Source: Felis catus (lineage: Eukaryota). Taken from it: 64,000 nucleotides of DNA. Below, piece after piece: positions 40,196 through 55,210 of this stretch. The notes under the pieces were generated by a model. The model was not told the origin of the DNA and did no database searches. It was given only the letters and a program-made list of their open reading frames with translations. The position numbers and the translations under genes were made by a program. Every line of letters starts with the position of its first letter. Within the stretch, counting starts at the first letter, position 1. The stretch is from NCBI RefSeq assembly GCF_018350175.1, contig NC_058368.1:114516001-114580000 (forward strand). The letters are read 5' to 3'.

Positions 40196-41871
40196 TTTTT
40201 TTTTCTTTTCCTCTGATATGCAGGCTTTATGGGTTGTTTAGCTTGCGGCTGGCTTAGCCTTTCCTTCTGCTACTTGAGTTCACATTCTTTGATCTTTCTC
40301 CATGCTAAATAAGAAAAGGCTGTTTGGGCATTTATGTGGCTTCAGTGGGGCAAATTTATAAAAAGCTACCAGGAATATAAAGGAATGAGGGTGATGCTTA
40401 AGGAGGGGATTTGGTTGTAAAATACTCTGTGCTTTCTTTAAAAGATTGCTTTCTAGGTTGGGATGGGGGAGAGGTGTCTATCTCAGATCCAAAAATTTAC
40501 TCCCATAAATGAAAAACATAATTAGGATCCACTATTATATGCATACTTCAACCTAAGGCCTAGTCTGCCCTAGCTTTTCAGTTAGAATTTTATATTCTAG
40601 TTGTTTCCTCCATCAGATGAATTGCTAATGAGCTCTGCACCTGAAATGGCTACCCATTCATTTTGTTGTTTGCTGAGCTCCCTAAGGACAGAGGTTTTTG
40701 AAGCTCACTGAAATGCTGGACACCTACTAAGCTAAATACTGAATAATTTTACCACTGGGCTCATGAAGTGGTTTCCCAAACCAAGTAAAAAGTTGCAGTG
40801 ATTCTTGGAAATTAAAGTTAAGGGTACATTAGAAGTGTGTTGGGGTCTCTCATGGAGCTGTGTGCCTACAGAAGCAAAGGCAGATTTAGTTTTGAGAATA
40901 AACTTAAGCTTGTATGTATATTAAGGGACATAGGTGAGAAAACTACCACAACAAAACTCACAGCCTTTAGAATTTTTCACCAGTTTGCAAAATTGCTCAA
41001 GAATTACAGTGGCTATGTTGAGGTTCTGTTAATGACAATGACTAGCCTAGGATGAGAACTGGACATTTGTTTTTCTTTTTCATTAAGGAGATTTCCTTTG
41101 GACCCTAGACATGTGGGCCTTTCCAATTTGCACCACACACCGTAGTAAACACAACCGTCTTCCAATCAAAAGTGTTCTTCCTGTACTCACGGGTGGAGTT
41201 TTCAAGCAGCTGGCCTGTGATTGGGCAGATTTTCATTCAGTTAGTTTAAGATGTTTTCAGGCATGCTTGGTTTTGAGCATTGCATAGCAGGGCGCCCCCT
41301 GTTAAGGATGAGTAATTGAGGGTTGGATGAATGAGTTTTTGAAGTGATTGAAAACACTTTTCAATTTTAGGCTCCATTAATGGTCTCTTTCTAAATATTA
41401 TTTGATCCTGAAATCTTTAAAAATGTAGTCCTGCCCCTTTTAATGAACCCTTTTCTGGAAAACAATACCAAAGCCATGTACTTCCTTAAGATGAAATATG
41501 AAAATAGAAAAGTCAGGATCCTGTTGATTGGGAGTTTGGTTGGTAAAGGTTTGCTAGAGGGCATTTTCATCTTCAAAGCTATGCTGACAAATAACTACTG
41601 AGAATTTTAGATGTAATAGGACAACAGCTTTTTACCACTACCCCCCCCCCCCATGGAGTAGTAGCTTTATTTGTATTTCAAAATAGGCCTGTCCTGTTAT
41701 GTTAAAAAAAAAAAAAATGTGTTGCTGCAAGATTAGTTTAATGGGTTTCTATGCATTTATTTCTGATTCTTCTAACTGTCCTCTTTGTGTTCCCAATCAT
41801 TACTGGTCCGTATAAGTTGCAGAGACTTTGGGACCTTCATATATGTAGGTGTGGTAGTTAAACACACAGAC

Positions 41872-41905
<34 letters not shown>

Positions 41906-42399
41906 AACAAAAAACCATGGGTTTTCCTTTTTTTATTAAAAGGCAAAACTTCTATTTTGCGAAATGTCTAATAACCAAAAGAATACACAGGAAAAGCCAA
42001 CAGTATCTTTCACAGGCTTCCACTTTGCAAAAAAAAGGCTTTGCTTGTCTTTTTTAATTTTTTTAAGTAAAAAAGCCCAGCATGGGGCTTGAACTCACAA
42101 CCCTGAGACCAAGCAAGGGTCACATGCTCTGTTGACTGAGCCAGCCAGGCACCCCATTATCTTTCTTAATACTGGTACAAAAAATATAAAAACATTGATC
42201 TGTATACAAAAGGTTGCTTTTATTAGTGAATAGTATCATACTGCAGCCTTCCCCTCCCCCCCTTTTTTGTAAGGACTTTTTTTTTTTTTTTAAGATTTTG
42301 TTTTTAAGTCATCTCTTTACCCAGTATGGGGCTCAAACTTAGAACCCCAGGATCAAGAGTTGCATGCTCTATGGACTGAGCCAGCCAGGCACCCCTCCC

Positions 42400-43300
42400 C
42401 TTTTTTCCATTTACCATTATACCATGGACATCAATACCTATAAATCTTACTCATCCTTTTAGATAACTACATGATGTTTCATAGAACGGATGTACCATCA
42501 TTTGTTTAATCATTCCTCCTTACTCTGGATGTTCAAGTTAGTTATATTTTTGGCACTACAAATAATGCTGTGCTTAATAAACTTGTATACATATCTTGTG
42601 TAATCATGGTTTTGTTTCTGTAGTTTAGACACCTAGGAGTGGGTTAGGAATTCTAGGAGTACATGAATCTTCAGTTGTATTAGATAATACCAGGTAGTTT
42701 TCCACTAAGATGATAGCATTTCTCATGCCCACCAGCAGTGCATACATGCAATGCTGGTTTCCACCTTTCCCATCACTTGTGTCATCAGTCTGTCTCTTTT
42801 GTCAATCTGATGGGTGAAAAATAATACCTAGCAGTTTCATGACTACTGGTCTTTTTCTATCTTTATTGGCCTTTTATATTTTTAATGAGTTATATACCTA
42901 TCTTTGGTCCATTAAAAAAAAATAGGAGTCTTTTCACTCTGTACAAGTTCTGTGCATTTTAAGGATATTAACTCCTTTATCCCTCAGGTGTGTTACAATT
43001 ATTTTCTCTCGTTTGTCTTTGAACTTTATGAGTTGTTTTGCCATACAGAAAAACAAGATGTTTACCTCATTAAATTTCTTACACTTTTCTTAATGGTTTC
43101 TTTACTTGCTTGGGGATAGCTCCTTGCCCTTGAATCTATGTAAATGTTATTTAATGTTTCTGTATTTTTACCTTTAGATCTTTGGTCTGCCTGGAATATT
43201 TTTGTAAGTGGCATGTGCCGTGGGGGATCTAACTTGCTTCCTACTGAGTAATCAGTTGTGGTAGCACCAGTTTTATTAAATAAACTATCCTTTTCTTGCT
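42400..43300 (-). mobile_element. Old L1 (L1M-type) 3' fragment
   Basis: Diverged reverse L1 motifs (acaaataatgctg, cccaccagcagtg, gatctaactt, gcaccagttttattaaata). Confidence 0.6.
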
Positions 43301-44693
43301 GTTTGTTAGAATTAAATGATTCTTTTAGTAGCCAATGATTTGTTTTGAATGTGTATCTTAGCTATCACAGCTATCCAGAATTTGCAAGAGGAGTAGAAGC
43401 ATATCTGCTTTATTGTTTTTATCCCTTAATCTTTCATCTTTATCTGGCAGAAAGGTGGACTCTAAAGTACTCCTTTCCTTTGATTCCAGATAATGTAATA
43501 ATTGTAGCAGTGTCCAGGCTAGTACCATGTTTCTTCTATCTGGGAGTCTTCCAAGAGGAATGAAAACTTATCTGTATCTGCCTTATTTTTTTACGTCCTC
43601 CTCCAACCTTTCTTCCTTGTCTCAGGTTAGGTGGACTTTAAAATACCTCTCTACTTTGTTCCTAGATAATGATTATAATCAGGTCTAGGACAGTACTCTG
43701 TTTCCAGGGCACAATCTCCACCTATGTTCACACAAACGTAGAACTCAGCCCTAATTGAAATGGGAGTTAATGATTATCCTTAAGTGTCCTTTACTTTTAA
43801 TTCCAGGAGTTTAATAAAAATCTGCCTGGTACATGATACACTGTTTATTAAAATAAATAGAATATGTTTTGTGGATCAGTGTACTGTTTACAGAACTGTA
43901 AATAAAAGTGAGATTATACAAAAGAATATGTAATGTTTAAGTGTGAGCCCCTCTAATGTTTTTCATCTTAATTCTCTTAGATCAGGAGGTCTATTTTTGA
44001 ACCTTAAGGTCTATTTTTGAACATTAAGCCATCCTTGAGTTTTTCAGGCACTCAAGTGCTTCATATAATTCATTTTTTAAAAAAAAAGTTTGTCTTATTT
44101 TGTGTGTATAATTGTTAGTAGTTCTATCTTAATTTGCATTCTGTTGAGTTTAGAGCTGTGCAGTATGTCCACCAGTGATCACATACTCTGGCCATTTTGT
44201 CCATCCAGCATCCTCTCCCTTTAGTGCACAAATATTTCCTCTTAATTACCATTTATTTCTAAGAGTTGCTTCACTAATTCCCCACCTGCCAGGGGCTCAG
44301 TCCCTCCTTTAGTACTCGCTTGCCTACTTTTTATCTCCGACTTGTTATGGTTGATTCACTTGCCCCACTTCCCTTCTTGTAAATGGTGGGTGAATAACTG
44401 TGAATGGTGGGTAAGTTACGTGGCCTTTTCTGTTGTTAGGGATTTTCTCAACAGCTGGAGTTGATTCCTGTAGGGTTTGCTTCCACAAGGCCTGCGGGAC
44501 TGACACCTGTTGCTGCTTCTCAGTTTTTCCACTGCCTTTGACAGGTTGGTGGTTTTTAAGCGCTCCCGACCCCACTATCCCGACTGCCCGAGTGTCTTTT
44601 ACCCTTGTTCTGTAGGTGGATAAAACCTACCTGATGTTCAAGTAGTGACTCATATATATGACCTCTCTCAGTTTTGCAAGGGTAAAAACTCCA

Positions 44694-44695
<2 letters not shown>

Positions 44696-44729
<34 letters not shown>

Positions 44730-44733
44730 TGTG
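44696..44733. repeat. (GT)n microsatellite; others are (TA)n(CA)n at 12030-12097, (GA)n at 17638-17678, polyT at 40162-40204 and (GGGAGA)n(GA)n at 63052-63130
   Basis: Read directly from the sequence. Confidence 0.9.
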
Positions 44734-46117
44734 TTTAGGGGTAATCAGGCTCTGGGGAACTGATTCTCACTAACCACACTCTCTGGAGACTGATTTGTAA
44801 ATTCGCATATAAGGTTATTAATTTACAGTAGGAGATACACCTATCCAGAGATCTGCACAGAGCCTCTTCCTGGTCTACTCACGAGACCAAATTATAGATA
44901 CGAAGGACCCTTGGTGTGCAAAGAATCCTATGAGGGAAATTGGGTGTTGCCAAAAGGATGTTTATAGCAAGCAGCCCTGATTCAGTGATCCTCCACTTTC
45001 TTAGTACTTTTTGGCTTTTATTGCTTTGTTTCCCCTTTCCTCTTTGCTTTTAATATTAACCATCAAAATCCTATAAAGAGAAAGTTTGTCCATTCCATGT
45101 TCTACCACCTCTATAAAGCCTTTCTGAATCCCCAACATGTTATTTTTTTCTTTGCTGTTGTAGCACTTTGTGATATACCTCTTTTGGAATATTAATCACA
45201 TTTTTCTTCTTATAGATATATAACAAGATATATAGCTTATTTCCTCTATTAAATGTAAGTTCCATCAAGAACAGAATGTGAATTTTTCTGTTAGTATTTT
45301 TAAGAGGTCTTTTCTGACTACCATATCTTAAAAAGTAGACTAGGGGCACCTGGGTGGCACAGTCGGTTAAGCATCCAACTCTTGATGTTGGCTTTGGTCA
45401 TGATCTCATGAATCATGGGTTTGCCCCGTATCAGGCTCTGCACTGATGTTGCAGAGCCTGCTTGGGATTCTGTCTACTTCTCTCTGACCCTCCCCTGCTT
45501 GTGCTCTCTCTCTCTCTCTCAAAATAAACTTAAAAAATTTTTTTAAAGTAGACTATGTAGAAGCCAGTATTAGATTGTTAACTTTCATTTCTGATTTCTT
45601 ACGGAATTTCTGCTCTGTGGCCTCCTGTTTTAAGGTGTTTATAATTGATCTTTAACTTTTTTCTGTTTATATATATATATATTTTTTTTATTTTTTTTAT
45701 TTTTTTAACATTTATTTATTATTGAGAGACAGAGACAGAGCATGAGCATGGGAGGGGCAGAGAGAGGAGGAGCATAGAATCCGAAGCAGGCTCCAGTCTC
45801 TGAGCTATCCTCACAGAACCCGACGCAGGGCTTGAACTCACAAATCACGAGATTATGACCTGAGCCGAAGTTGGACACTTAACCTACTGAGCCACCCAAG
45901 CACCCCTGTTTATATATTTTTATGGATATGGACTCACTACTAATTTTTTTGTCTTGAGATTATTGGAATCTTATTGGAGACCCCAATCCAAGGCCCATTG
46001 TCCACCTGACTTGTCACATTAGAAGCTTTAGATGTTTTATTTTTGTGGTTTTGTGGTAATGCATGCCTGTAATACAAAATGAAATTAATTTGATAATAAT
46101 TTTAAAAGTCATCCCTG

Positions 46118-46343
46118 GGGGCGCCTGGGTGGCGCAGTCGGTTGAGCGTCCGACTTCAGCCAGGTCACGATCTCGTGGTCCGGGAGTTCGAGCCCCGCTC
46201 GGGCTCTGGGCTGATGGCTCAGAGCCTGGAGCCTGTTTCCGATTCTGTGTCTCCCTCTCTCTCTGCCCCACCCCCATTCATGCTCTGTCTCTCTCTGTCC
46301 CAAAAATAAATAAACGTTGAAAAAAAAAATTAAAAAAAAATAA
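46118..46343 (+). mobile_element. Young SINEC_Fc-type SINE with 15-bp TSD
   Basis: TSD TAAAAGTCATCCCTG at 46103 and 46344. Confidence 0.95.
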
Positions 46344-47654
46344 TAAAAGTCATCCCTGTATGTCACAACCAATTAGAAACAGCTGTTCATATTTTGATAC
46401 ATATTTTGATACATATTCATCTAATCTCTTTTTAGAATTGTCAGAAGTTGAATTCGTACTGTATTTTCAGTTTTGTGTTTTGCTATTTTACTTAATGTAG
46501 CACTTTTCCTGTATTACTGAAAACTTTTGTATATGGGTAATTTTAATTTTCTTGGGGCTTTATTTTCCACAGGTAACATGTATTGCTCTTGTAAGTGAAA
46601 GGAAAACAATAAAAGCTCTTTAAGAAAAATTTTATAATTTTTATTCTGGATAAATTATTAAACTGTTCCTCTTTCACTGAATATTGAAATTGCTTAAGAT
46701 TTTAGACTTTATCAATAATGCTGTGTGAGCACTTTTGTGAATAAAGCCTTCCCTCTGTTTAAGGTTATTTCCTAGAATTATTGCTAGGAATGGTTATTAT
46801 GAAGACCCAGAGTATGCACATATTTAAGATTCTTGATAATATGTTTTCTTGTTTTTAAATCATACCAATTTATAATCTGACCAGTAGTGTGAGTTTCTTA
46901 AGGAGTGCATGTTTTTCAGGAGCCCCAAATCTGCTAGACATTTTATGCTTTCATTTAATCCTTAGACAATCCTTTGAGGTACTTACTGTCCCTATTTATA
47001 GGCAAAGGAAATGAGGCTCAAAGAGGCTAAAGTGTCTTGCCCTGGGCTACACAGCTAAGAAATAAGGAAGTTGGGATGCAAATTCAGTTCTTTATGATGC
47101 TACAGCCCCTAAAAACACTATATATTTGTATGCTTGAGTTTTTATTTAGGCTATCCTTATGATACTCAAGTACTTAACATTTCATATATTGTAGATGTTA
47201 GAAATTGGGGGGGGGGAGGGTTGATGAGGTTAATTGTTAGAAAGCTATCTCTTGAGAAAAAAAAGAAAGCTATCTCTTGATCAGATGAACCATATAGAAA
47301 AATTTGTTTTATATTTGAAAACAGCCGTCTTCTAGACGTGCATCATTCCCCATCTTGGCTGTCAAGATATCCCACAGTTTTGTAAAATCATTTCTTTAAA
47401 AAAAATTTTTTTTAAGTTTATTTTTCACAGAGAGAGAAAGAGACAGAGCATGGGTGGGGGAGGGGCAGAGAGAGGGAGACACAGAATCCGAAGCAGGCTC
47501 CAGGCTCTGTCTGAGCTGTCAGCACAGAGCCCAATGGGGGCTCAAACTCATGGACCGTGAGATCATGACCTGAGCCGAAGTTGGACGCTCAACCTACTGA
47601 GCCACTCAGGCACACCTGTAAAATCATTTCTAATAGACTTTACGTTTTGTTTAG

Positions 47655-48015
47655 AATCATTTAAAAAATAAAATTCAGCTGGTAAATTTACAGATCTTCT
47701 TGGCTTTATTCAACAATACCTGAATCAACAGCATCCCTTTGAGCTGATAGAAAGGAGCTCCAGAGAGCTGTGCAAAATGGAAGACTTTAATAGGCAGAAG
47801 GAGGTGGCACAAGGTGGTTATTCTAGCAAAGAGCTGATTGTTTCAGACAAGGTTACCTTCCTTTGGGGGAGAGCAGGGGTCCATCAGGCAGATTACCTCT
47901 CTAGTGCTGACCAGGTAATTCCAGATTTACTGGTTTAAGATTCCCTTCCTAGGAGAAGTTAAGTTGTGGTTTGATGACTTGCGCTTAGAACAAGTGACTC
48001 CATTTTGGGCTTGTG
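47655..48015 (-). mobile_element. Probable solo ERV LTR fragment
   Basis: Reverse polyA signal (ggctttatt) and an LTR-like composition ending in gactccattttg. Confidence 0.45.
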
Positions 48016-51000
48016 CCTTTTTTAATGGTATGTATGTAGGTAGTAAAATTGGAAAACTTAGGGACTTCGGGAGTTGAGTTAATCTTCCATTTCTCTTACT
48101 CTCAGCCATCATCATCTGTTATTTTTATCTCTGTAGTTTCTCAAATACACTTTGTTTTCCATTCATATCTTTTTGGATTAAGCCTTTTTCATCTTTTTAC
48201 TGGATTATCATGACTTTGTAATTGGTCCCCCTGCCTCTAGTTTCTTCTCTCTGTAATTAATCTTCCACCCTGCTCCCAAAGTTAATTCTTTCCTTTTTAA
48301 AAAGTGTTAATTATTTAAGCATTATATGAATATAGATTTTGTTTTGTTTTGTTTTTAAAAAAGCATTTACTGATTAAGGCAAAAATGCTATTATCCCCTC
48401 TGTCCCAATCCTCCTATTCTCTCACATACACATCCTAAAATCTGCAACCAGCTTCTTTTGCATATAACACATCTTGGAGATCTTTCCATGGTAGTCTTCT
48501 AGATATATCTCATTTTTTAAAACTTCTCGATATTTTTCCATAGTATGAATAAAGTGTTTTGCCATTCATCTAATTATAAAATACTTTGTAATTTCTATTT
48601 TGATTTTCTATTTAAATTGAGCATTGAGAAGTTTTCCCACAGATGATATTATCTTTATAAAACATTGTGCCATGTCTTCCCCCTCCCCATTTAAAACTAT
48701 CAGTGGCTCCCTCAAGGCCTATATCAGGGAACATAAACCCACTTGTGTCCAAGGTACCAGGTGTATGAAAACAGCTAGATGACAGACTAGAGAATATAGT
48801 GGATTGGCAACTGGAGAGTGCAGATACTGCCTACAGATGTTCAATGCACATTAAAAACAAATCAACAAAAAAACCACTCTGCTGGCCAAATATGATACCT
48901 TTGCCACCAGGTTTCAGTGCATCATGCATTAACATGCCAATCAGAGCCCTTACAGCTTACTTACTAACAGCTGCCACTGCTGCCTGGAACACTCAATCAG
49001 CTTTTATGTTTCTCTTCCTTTGCACCTGCCAGAAAGTCTTTCTCTGCCAGAAGGCAACTTGTCCTTTTAGACCCAGCTTGTATACTACTATCCCTTCTGT
49101 GAAACCATTCTAGTTTCTCAAGGCAGATATGTTTTCTAGCCTAACATAACATGTTTGTTATTGCCCTTATTACACAGCTCTGTAATCATTTTTATACCTC
49201 TGTGTTGACTCTTTTGGGGTGTGAGTCCCTCCTGCCAATTGCTACCGTTATTCACCTTGATATTCTTGGTCAGTAAATGCTCTGTATATACATAAGAGAT
49301 GTTCTATTTTTGGTGAGCATGACTGAATGAATAACTTTATTAATTATAGTAAGAGTAGCCTTAGGCAGAACCAGACCTCAAACTGATATTAACACAATAA
49401 ACATGAAAGCTTATATTACTCAGGTTACTAGTTAGTATCTGATGTTATCAAACTTAGGAGAACTTAATTGATTTTGTTAAAGAATTTCTTTGGTTTTAAT
49501 GTCACTAAAATAAATGTAAGTCACATATATACCATAAAAAGAATTTTGAAATGAAAGCAAGAGTTTTACTACTATCTCTCCTTAACTCATGAAATATTTT
49601 ACATCTACTGCTTGGATTCTAGCTATAGCATGTGTGGTTCTATTTGCTATTTTTATTCTAATAGTAGAAATTTTTAAAAGACTTTTTAAATAATCAACTC
49701 AAACTGTTTTAGTCTTGTTCTATTCAGATTATCAGCCTGTCTTGGTCATCCGTGACTCAGTTCAACCACAGCCATTGATTTTTTGTTAGTTTATATACCT
49801 TCTTCCTCTTCTCTGGTCTTGCCACTACCATTTTAAGAGTTCATGTTGTAGGTACTTTGATCTGAAATTATTGTTTACCTTATATGTTCTCCTTTCTTCC
49901 ATTACCTAAGCTAGGAAGTAAAGCACAGTACTAGGGCCAGAAATAAGCCTTAGTGTTCAGAGAATGTGCTTACATATATCCACATTCCATATTGCTCTTA
50001 AAACAGATTCATATTGGAGCTCCTGGGTCGCTCAACCAATTCAGTATCTGACTCTTAGTTTTGGCTCAGGTCTTGATCTTGCAGTTTGTGAATTCAAGCC
50101 CCTCATCCAGCCCCATGCTGACAGTGCAGAGTCTGCTTGGGATTCTCTCTCTCTCCCTCTCTCTGTCTGCTCCACCCCTGCTCGTGCTCTCTCTCTCAAA
50201 GTAAAGAAATAAACTTAAAAAAAAAAAATAGCAAACATTCATACTGTTAGCTTTGAACTGTAGCTTGATCCCAGAATGTGTAGCACTGTTGTTGTTGTCA
50301 AAGTAAACACTTCATTCCGTATATGTCCTTTGCTGGGGTGGGTTGAAAGTTTATTTCCTTTAAGTTGGGTGAAATCTGGTTTTTCAGTAATTGAACTTTT
50401 CCCTGATGTTTTCAGGTAAGTGATGATAGGATTCCTGAATATTAACTTTTTGAGTGTTGAAGTTCTTTTGTAAAAGCAATAAAAATTGTTATAGCTATAG
50501 TACAATGACTTCTTTTAGTATTGTATTTGTGTATTGCTATAACTTAGAATTTTGTGACTCGCCTTTGATTTTTAAAGTGGTTTCAGCATGGCACCTTGCC
50601 ATCAGTCACCGTGGAGCCTCAGCCTCTGGTTTTCTGAGTGATGCCTGGTAGTGTACTCAGGGTCAGACTCAGCCAGGGCATTTAATACTCCATGCTACTT
50701 TTCATGCCATGCAAGGTCTTGTCTGTCCTCCAGCCATCTCCTCCTCTTGATATCAGTTATGTAATGGTATCACTCTGGTTCAAAATCCAAGTCATTTTTA
50801 AATTTTCCTTTATCCTTTTATCCAGCCATTCCTCAAGCTTGATGATTCTTAACAACCACAAGTCACTTTTCTTCCTAGTCTCACTGCTCCCACTCTAGGT
50901 CATGTAAGAATACTCCCTATAACCTTCCCCCAACTCCAGTCTGTCTGTATCCACTGGTTAGTAGCTGAATTTCCTTAAAACCAACTACTCTGTTCATATC

Positions 51001-51490
51001 TTGACCTCACTTAGAAACCCTTTAATTACACTTGTGTGCATGCACACGTATACACACCCCTCCCATTGGCAGCTAGATGAAGCCTCAATTTTTTATCCCA
51101 GTATTCAAGGTTTGCCACATTGACTTTGTTTTTTTTTTAAGCCTCATCTCTCACTCCTTCCCCCACAGTCTGCTTATATAGCTCCTGGCCATCCTAGAAC
51201 TTGAGTGGACTTTTTTTTGGGGGGGGGGTAGGGGGCTCAACCCATATCAGTCCCCTCTGCACCCTTAAAGTGATCTCTCCTGCCTCTGAACATCCCCCGT
51301 ACTTGATTTTTTTACTTTATTTCTCCTTATTTTATGGCATATTATGCTTTTGAATCCATTACTTTATTTGAACTTCACAACCAGTCTATGAGATAAGCAA
51401 GACAAGTGTGTCTTATCACAGGGGAGAAAACCAAAACTTGAGGAGGGAAGAGTGACTTGTCCAAGTTTTAGGGTTAATAGAGTAGACCTC

Positions 51491-52131
51491 AGGGTGCCTG
51501 TGTGGCTCAGTCGGTTGAGCGTCCAACTTCAGCTCAGGTCATGATCTCGCGGTTCGTGGGTTCGAGCCCTGTGTTGGGCTCTGTGCTGACAGCTCAGAGC
51601 CTGGAGCCTACTTCAACTGGTGTCTCTCTGTCTCTCTCTGTCTCTCTCTCTCTCTCAAAAATAAACATTAAAAAAATTTTTTTTTAATTTTTTTTTTAAA
51701 CATTTATTTATTTTTGAGACAGAGCATGAATGGGGGAGGGTCAGAGAGAGAGGGAGACGCAGAATCTGAAACAGGCTCCAGGCTCTGAGCTGTCAGCACA
51801 GAGTCCGACGTGGGGCTCGAACTCATAGACCGCGGAGATCATGACCTGAGCCGAAGTCGGCCGCTTAACCAACTGAGCCACCCAGGTGCCCCAATATTAA
51901 AAAAAATTTTTTTTAATTTTTTTTTTCAACGTTTTCATTTATTTTTGGGACAGAGAGAGACAGAGCATGAACGGGGGAGGGGCAGAGAGAGAGGGAGACA
52001 CAGAATGGGAAACAGGCTCCAGGCTACGAGCCATCAGCCCAGAGCCTGACGCGGGGCTCGAACTCCCGGACCGCGAGATCGTGACCTGGCTGAAGTCGGA
52101 CGCTTAACCGACTGCGCCACCCAGGCGCCCC
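51491..52131. mobile_element. Triple SINE block: one + copy followed by two - copies
   Basis: Head at 51491 (+), heads at about 51892 and 52131 (-), with the A tails abutting. Confidence 0.92.
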
Positions 52132-54841
52132 CAAAAAAATTTTTTAATAGTGTGGAGCTGGTACTCAAATCCAAGTCTCCTGGAACATCAGCCCCAATCT
52201 GTGTTTATTATGCTGCTACTACCTTTCTTGGTGCCTGAGTCTGCACATAAGTATAAGTTTGATTATCTCTTTCCAATGGTCTGCAAGTTATTTGAAGCTG
52301 TGTCTTATTCCCTTGGAACATTTATGTATATATGAGTGAGCCCATTCATGTATTAAATATATTGCAATTCATTGTTCTCCTCTTTCTCAGTAAAAATTGT
52401 GCTTCTCGTTTCTGAACCTTGTTTCCCCACTGTGTGTGTGTGGGTGGGTATGTATATGTGTGTTTAATCAGAAGTGAAGCTTGGTATATTACAATAATAA
52501 AACTGGAGCTTTATATAGTGGATTTGATTTCTGGGATAACTTTTCAGCAACGCACTCCACATTCACAAGTATGCATTGACTGTGAAGAGATTAAGCCTAA
52601 CACTAGGCTACTGCACAGTGCTTTCACACTTTGTGAATGTAAGTATCCTAGATTTTCATTTAATTTTACCTTTAATTTTTATGTTGAATAGATGAGAACA
52701 TGTATACCATGAAAGGCTGATATGAACTCAGTAACAATTTTAATGGATTTGAATTTTATTCATTGTATCATCTACACATATTTAAAAAATAACAGTACAT
52801 ACATGTACTGGAAGCTTCGTGTGAGAAATTTCTTATTGTGCCAAGAGGTTGGAAAAGCATTGCTTCCCTGAGTAATTACTTTGTTTTCCTTTTAGACCGT
52901 GGGAGGAGCTCCTGGCTCCTCCAGTTGGTAGAGCATGTAAGTTCAAGCCCCATGTTGGGTGCAGAGTTTAATTAAAAAAACAACAACAACAACAACAAAA
53001 AAAAAAACAGGCACCTGGGTGGTTCAGTCTGTTCAGTGTCCAACTTTGGCTCTGGTTATGATCTTGCAGTTCATAAGTTCAGGCCCGGGGTCAGGCTCTG
53101 TGCTGACAGCTGAGTTTGGAGCTTGCTTGGGATTCTGTGTCTCCCTCTCTCTCTCTGCCCCTCCCCCGCTTACACTCTATCTTCTTTTCTCTCGATTTTA
53201 AATAAATAAACATTACCAAAAAAATTTTTAAAAAAAAGATGCTGACAGTGGAAACTATGCAACTAACCTCCTCATTTTCAAATTGGCCTTTAGGAAGCTC
53301 AGAGGCACATGTATCACTCAGTCATACAGCTGTATAAATCCTCGTGGCCAGCTTAAGTTTTCCCTTTTACACTTTCATAGTGACTTCTTGTTGTAGTTTG
53401 CTTGGCCTTGATTTTTTATTTTTTTTTTCATTTGTATTTTGTCATTTTATTGCATGTACTTCTCAAAAACCAACTAAAATTCTATGAAAATGAAGGGGCT
53501 ATGAATAAAATAGTCTTTCTATCACCAGCTATAATTTAAGTCCTGGGTATTTCTATGCTAACTATTGATACCTGTATGCATATGTCTTGCTCTTTATGCT
53601 GCATGTGAAACATACTCAGAATTTATATAGAAAAGCCAAACCTAAGCATACTAGTTATTAGAAAAATGTAGTTTTGGGGTACCTGGGTGGCTCAGTCGGT
53701 TAAGTGGTGGCTGTCCTCGGCTCAGTTCATGACCTCACAGTTCGGGAGTTCAAGCCCTAAACTGGGCTCTCTGCTGTCAGCATGAAGCCCACTTCGGATC
53801 CTCTGTGTCACTCTTTCTGCCTCTTCCCTGCTCCTGCGGGTGTACTCTCTCTCTCTGTCTCTTTCAAAAATAAATATTATTTAAAAATTTAAATTAAAAA
53901 AAAAAGAAAAATGTGGTTTAGGGGCGCCTGGGTGGCTCAGTAGGTTGAGCGTCCGACTCTTGATTTTGGCTCAGGTCATGATTCCTGGGATGTGGTATCA
54001 AGCCCTGCGTCAGGCTCTACACTCAGTGTGGAGCTGTCTCCCTTCACATTTTGATTAAACAAAACAAAATGAAGTTTTGTTTAATCTGAATCACTTTTTA
54101 AAACTTTCTGCACTATGTAACTATATCTCAAAAAGTAGAGTATCTCTGCTGGGAGGAAGAGAAGTATTGTTGATGTTGACAGGATGCCTCTTCTAACAGA
54201 TATGAGATCACTCTTGGCAGGGGCAGTTAAAAAATCCACATGCAGAACTGGGAAGGAACCTTTTTTTTTGGTGTTCATCCTTTGAATTTTATATCATGTT
54301 CATATATCACCCATTCAAAAAAATTCCTCAAAGAAGTTCACTGGGGTGCCTGGGTGGCTCAGTTGAGAATCCGACTTCTGTTCAGGTCATGATTTCAAGG
54401 TTTGTAAGTTCAAGCCCTGCATCAAGGTCACTGCTGTCAGTACAGAGCCTGCTTTGGACCTCTGTCCCCCTCTCTGTACCCCTCCCCTGCTTGCACACTC
54501 TCAAAAAAATAAATAAATAAATAAATAAACATTTAAAAAAAAGTTCTGTCATATTCAGTACAAGTGTAAAGAATTTCTCTCTAACCTGTTAGATTATGAG
54601 CTCCTTAAGACCAGGAAATGTGCTAGATTTCTCTATTTCTGAACCTAGCATGGTGTCTCATACATAGTAGGCTCCTAGCTGGTGTGCATAGATGTAAATT
54701 GGAAACCAAGAGTTACAAATTTCAATAGGATAACAGCTAAAAATTGCTAACTGTGGATGTGCCCCCCTTAACTCTGCTACCCTTTTCAAAGTGAAGCTGA
54801 GATCAGCTTCCTTGCTCTGAAATAAGATGGATTTTTATTGA

Positions 54842-55210
<369 letters not shown>

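Noticed and set aside
43988..44028. 20-bp tandem duplication (other short ones at 8141, 23806 and 46388)
   Set aside because: Ordinary slippage duplications; no spacer-repeat or CRISPR-like array structure.
52500..52640. Possible intronic small RNA in KDM3B intron 1
   Set aside because: No convincing C/D or H/ACA box arrangement or recognisable family; a covariance-model search would be needed.
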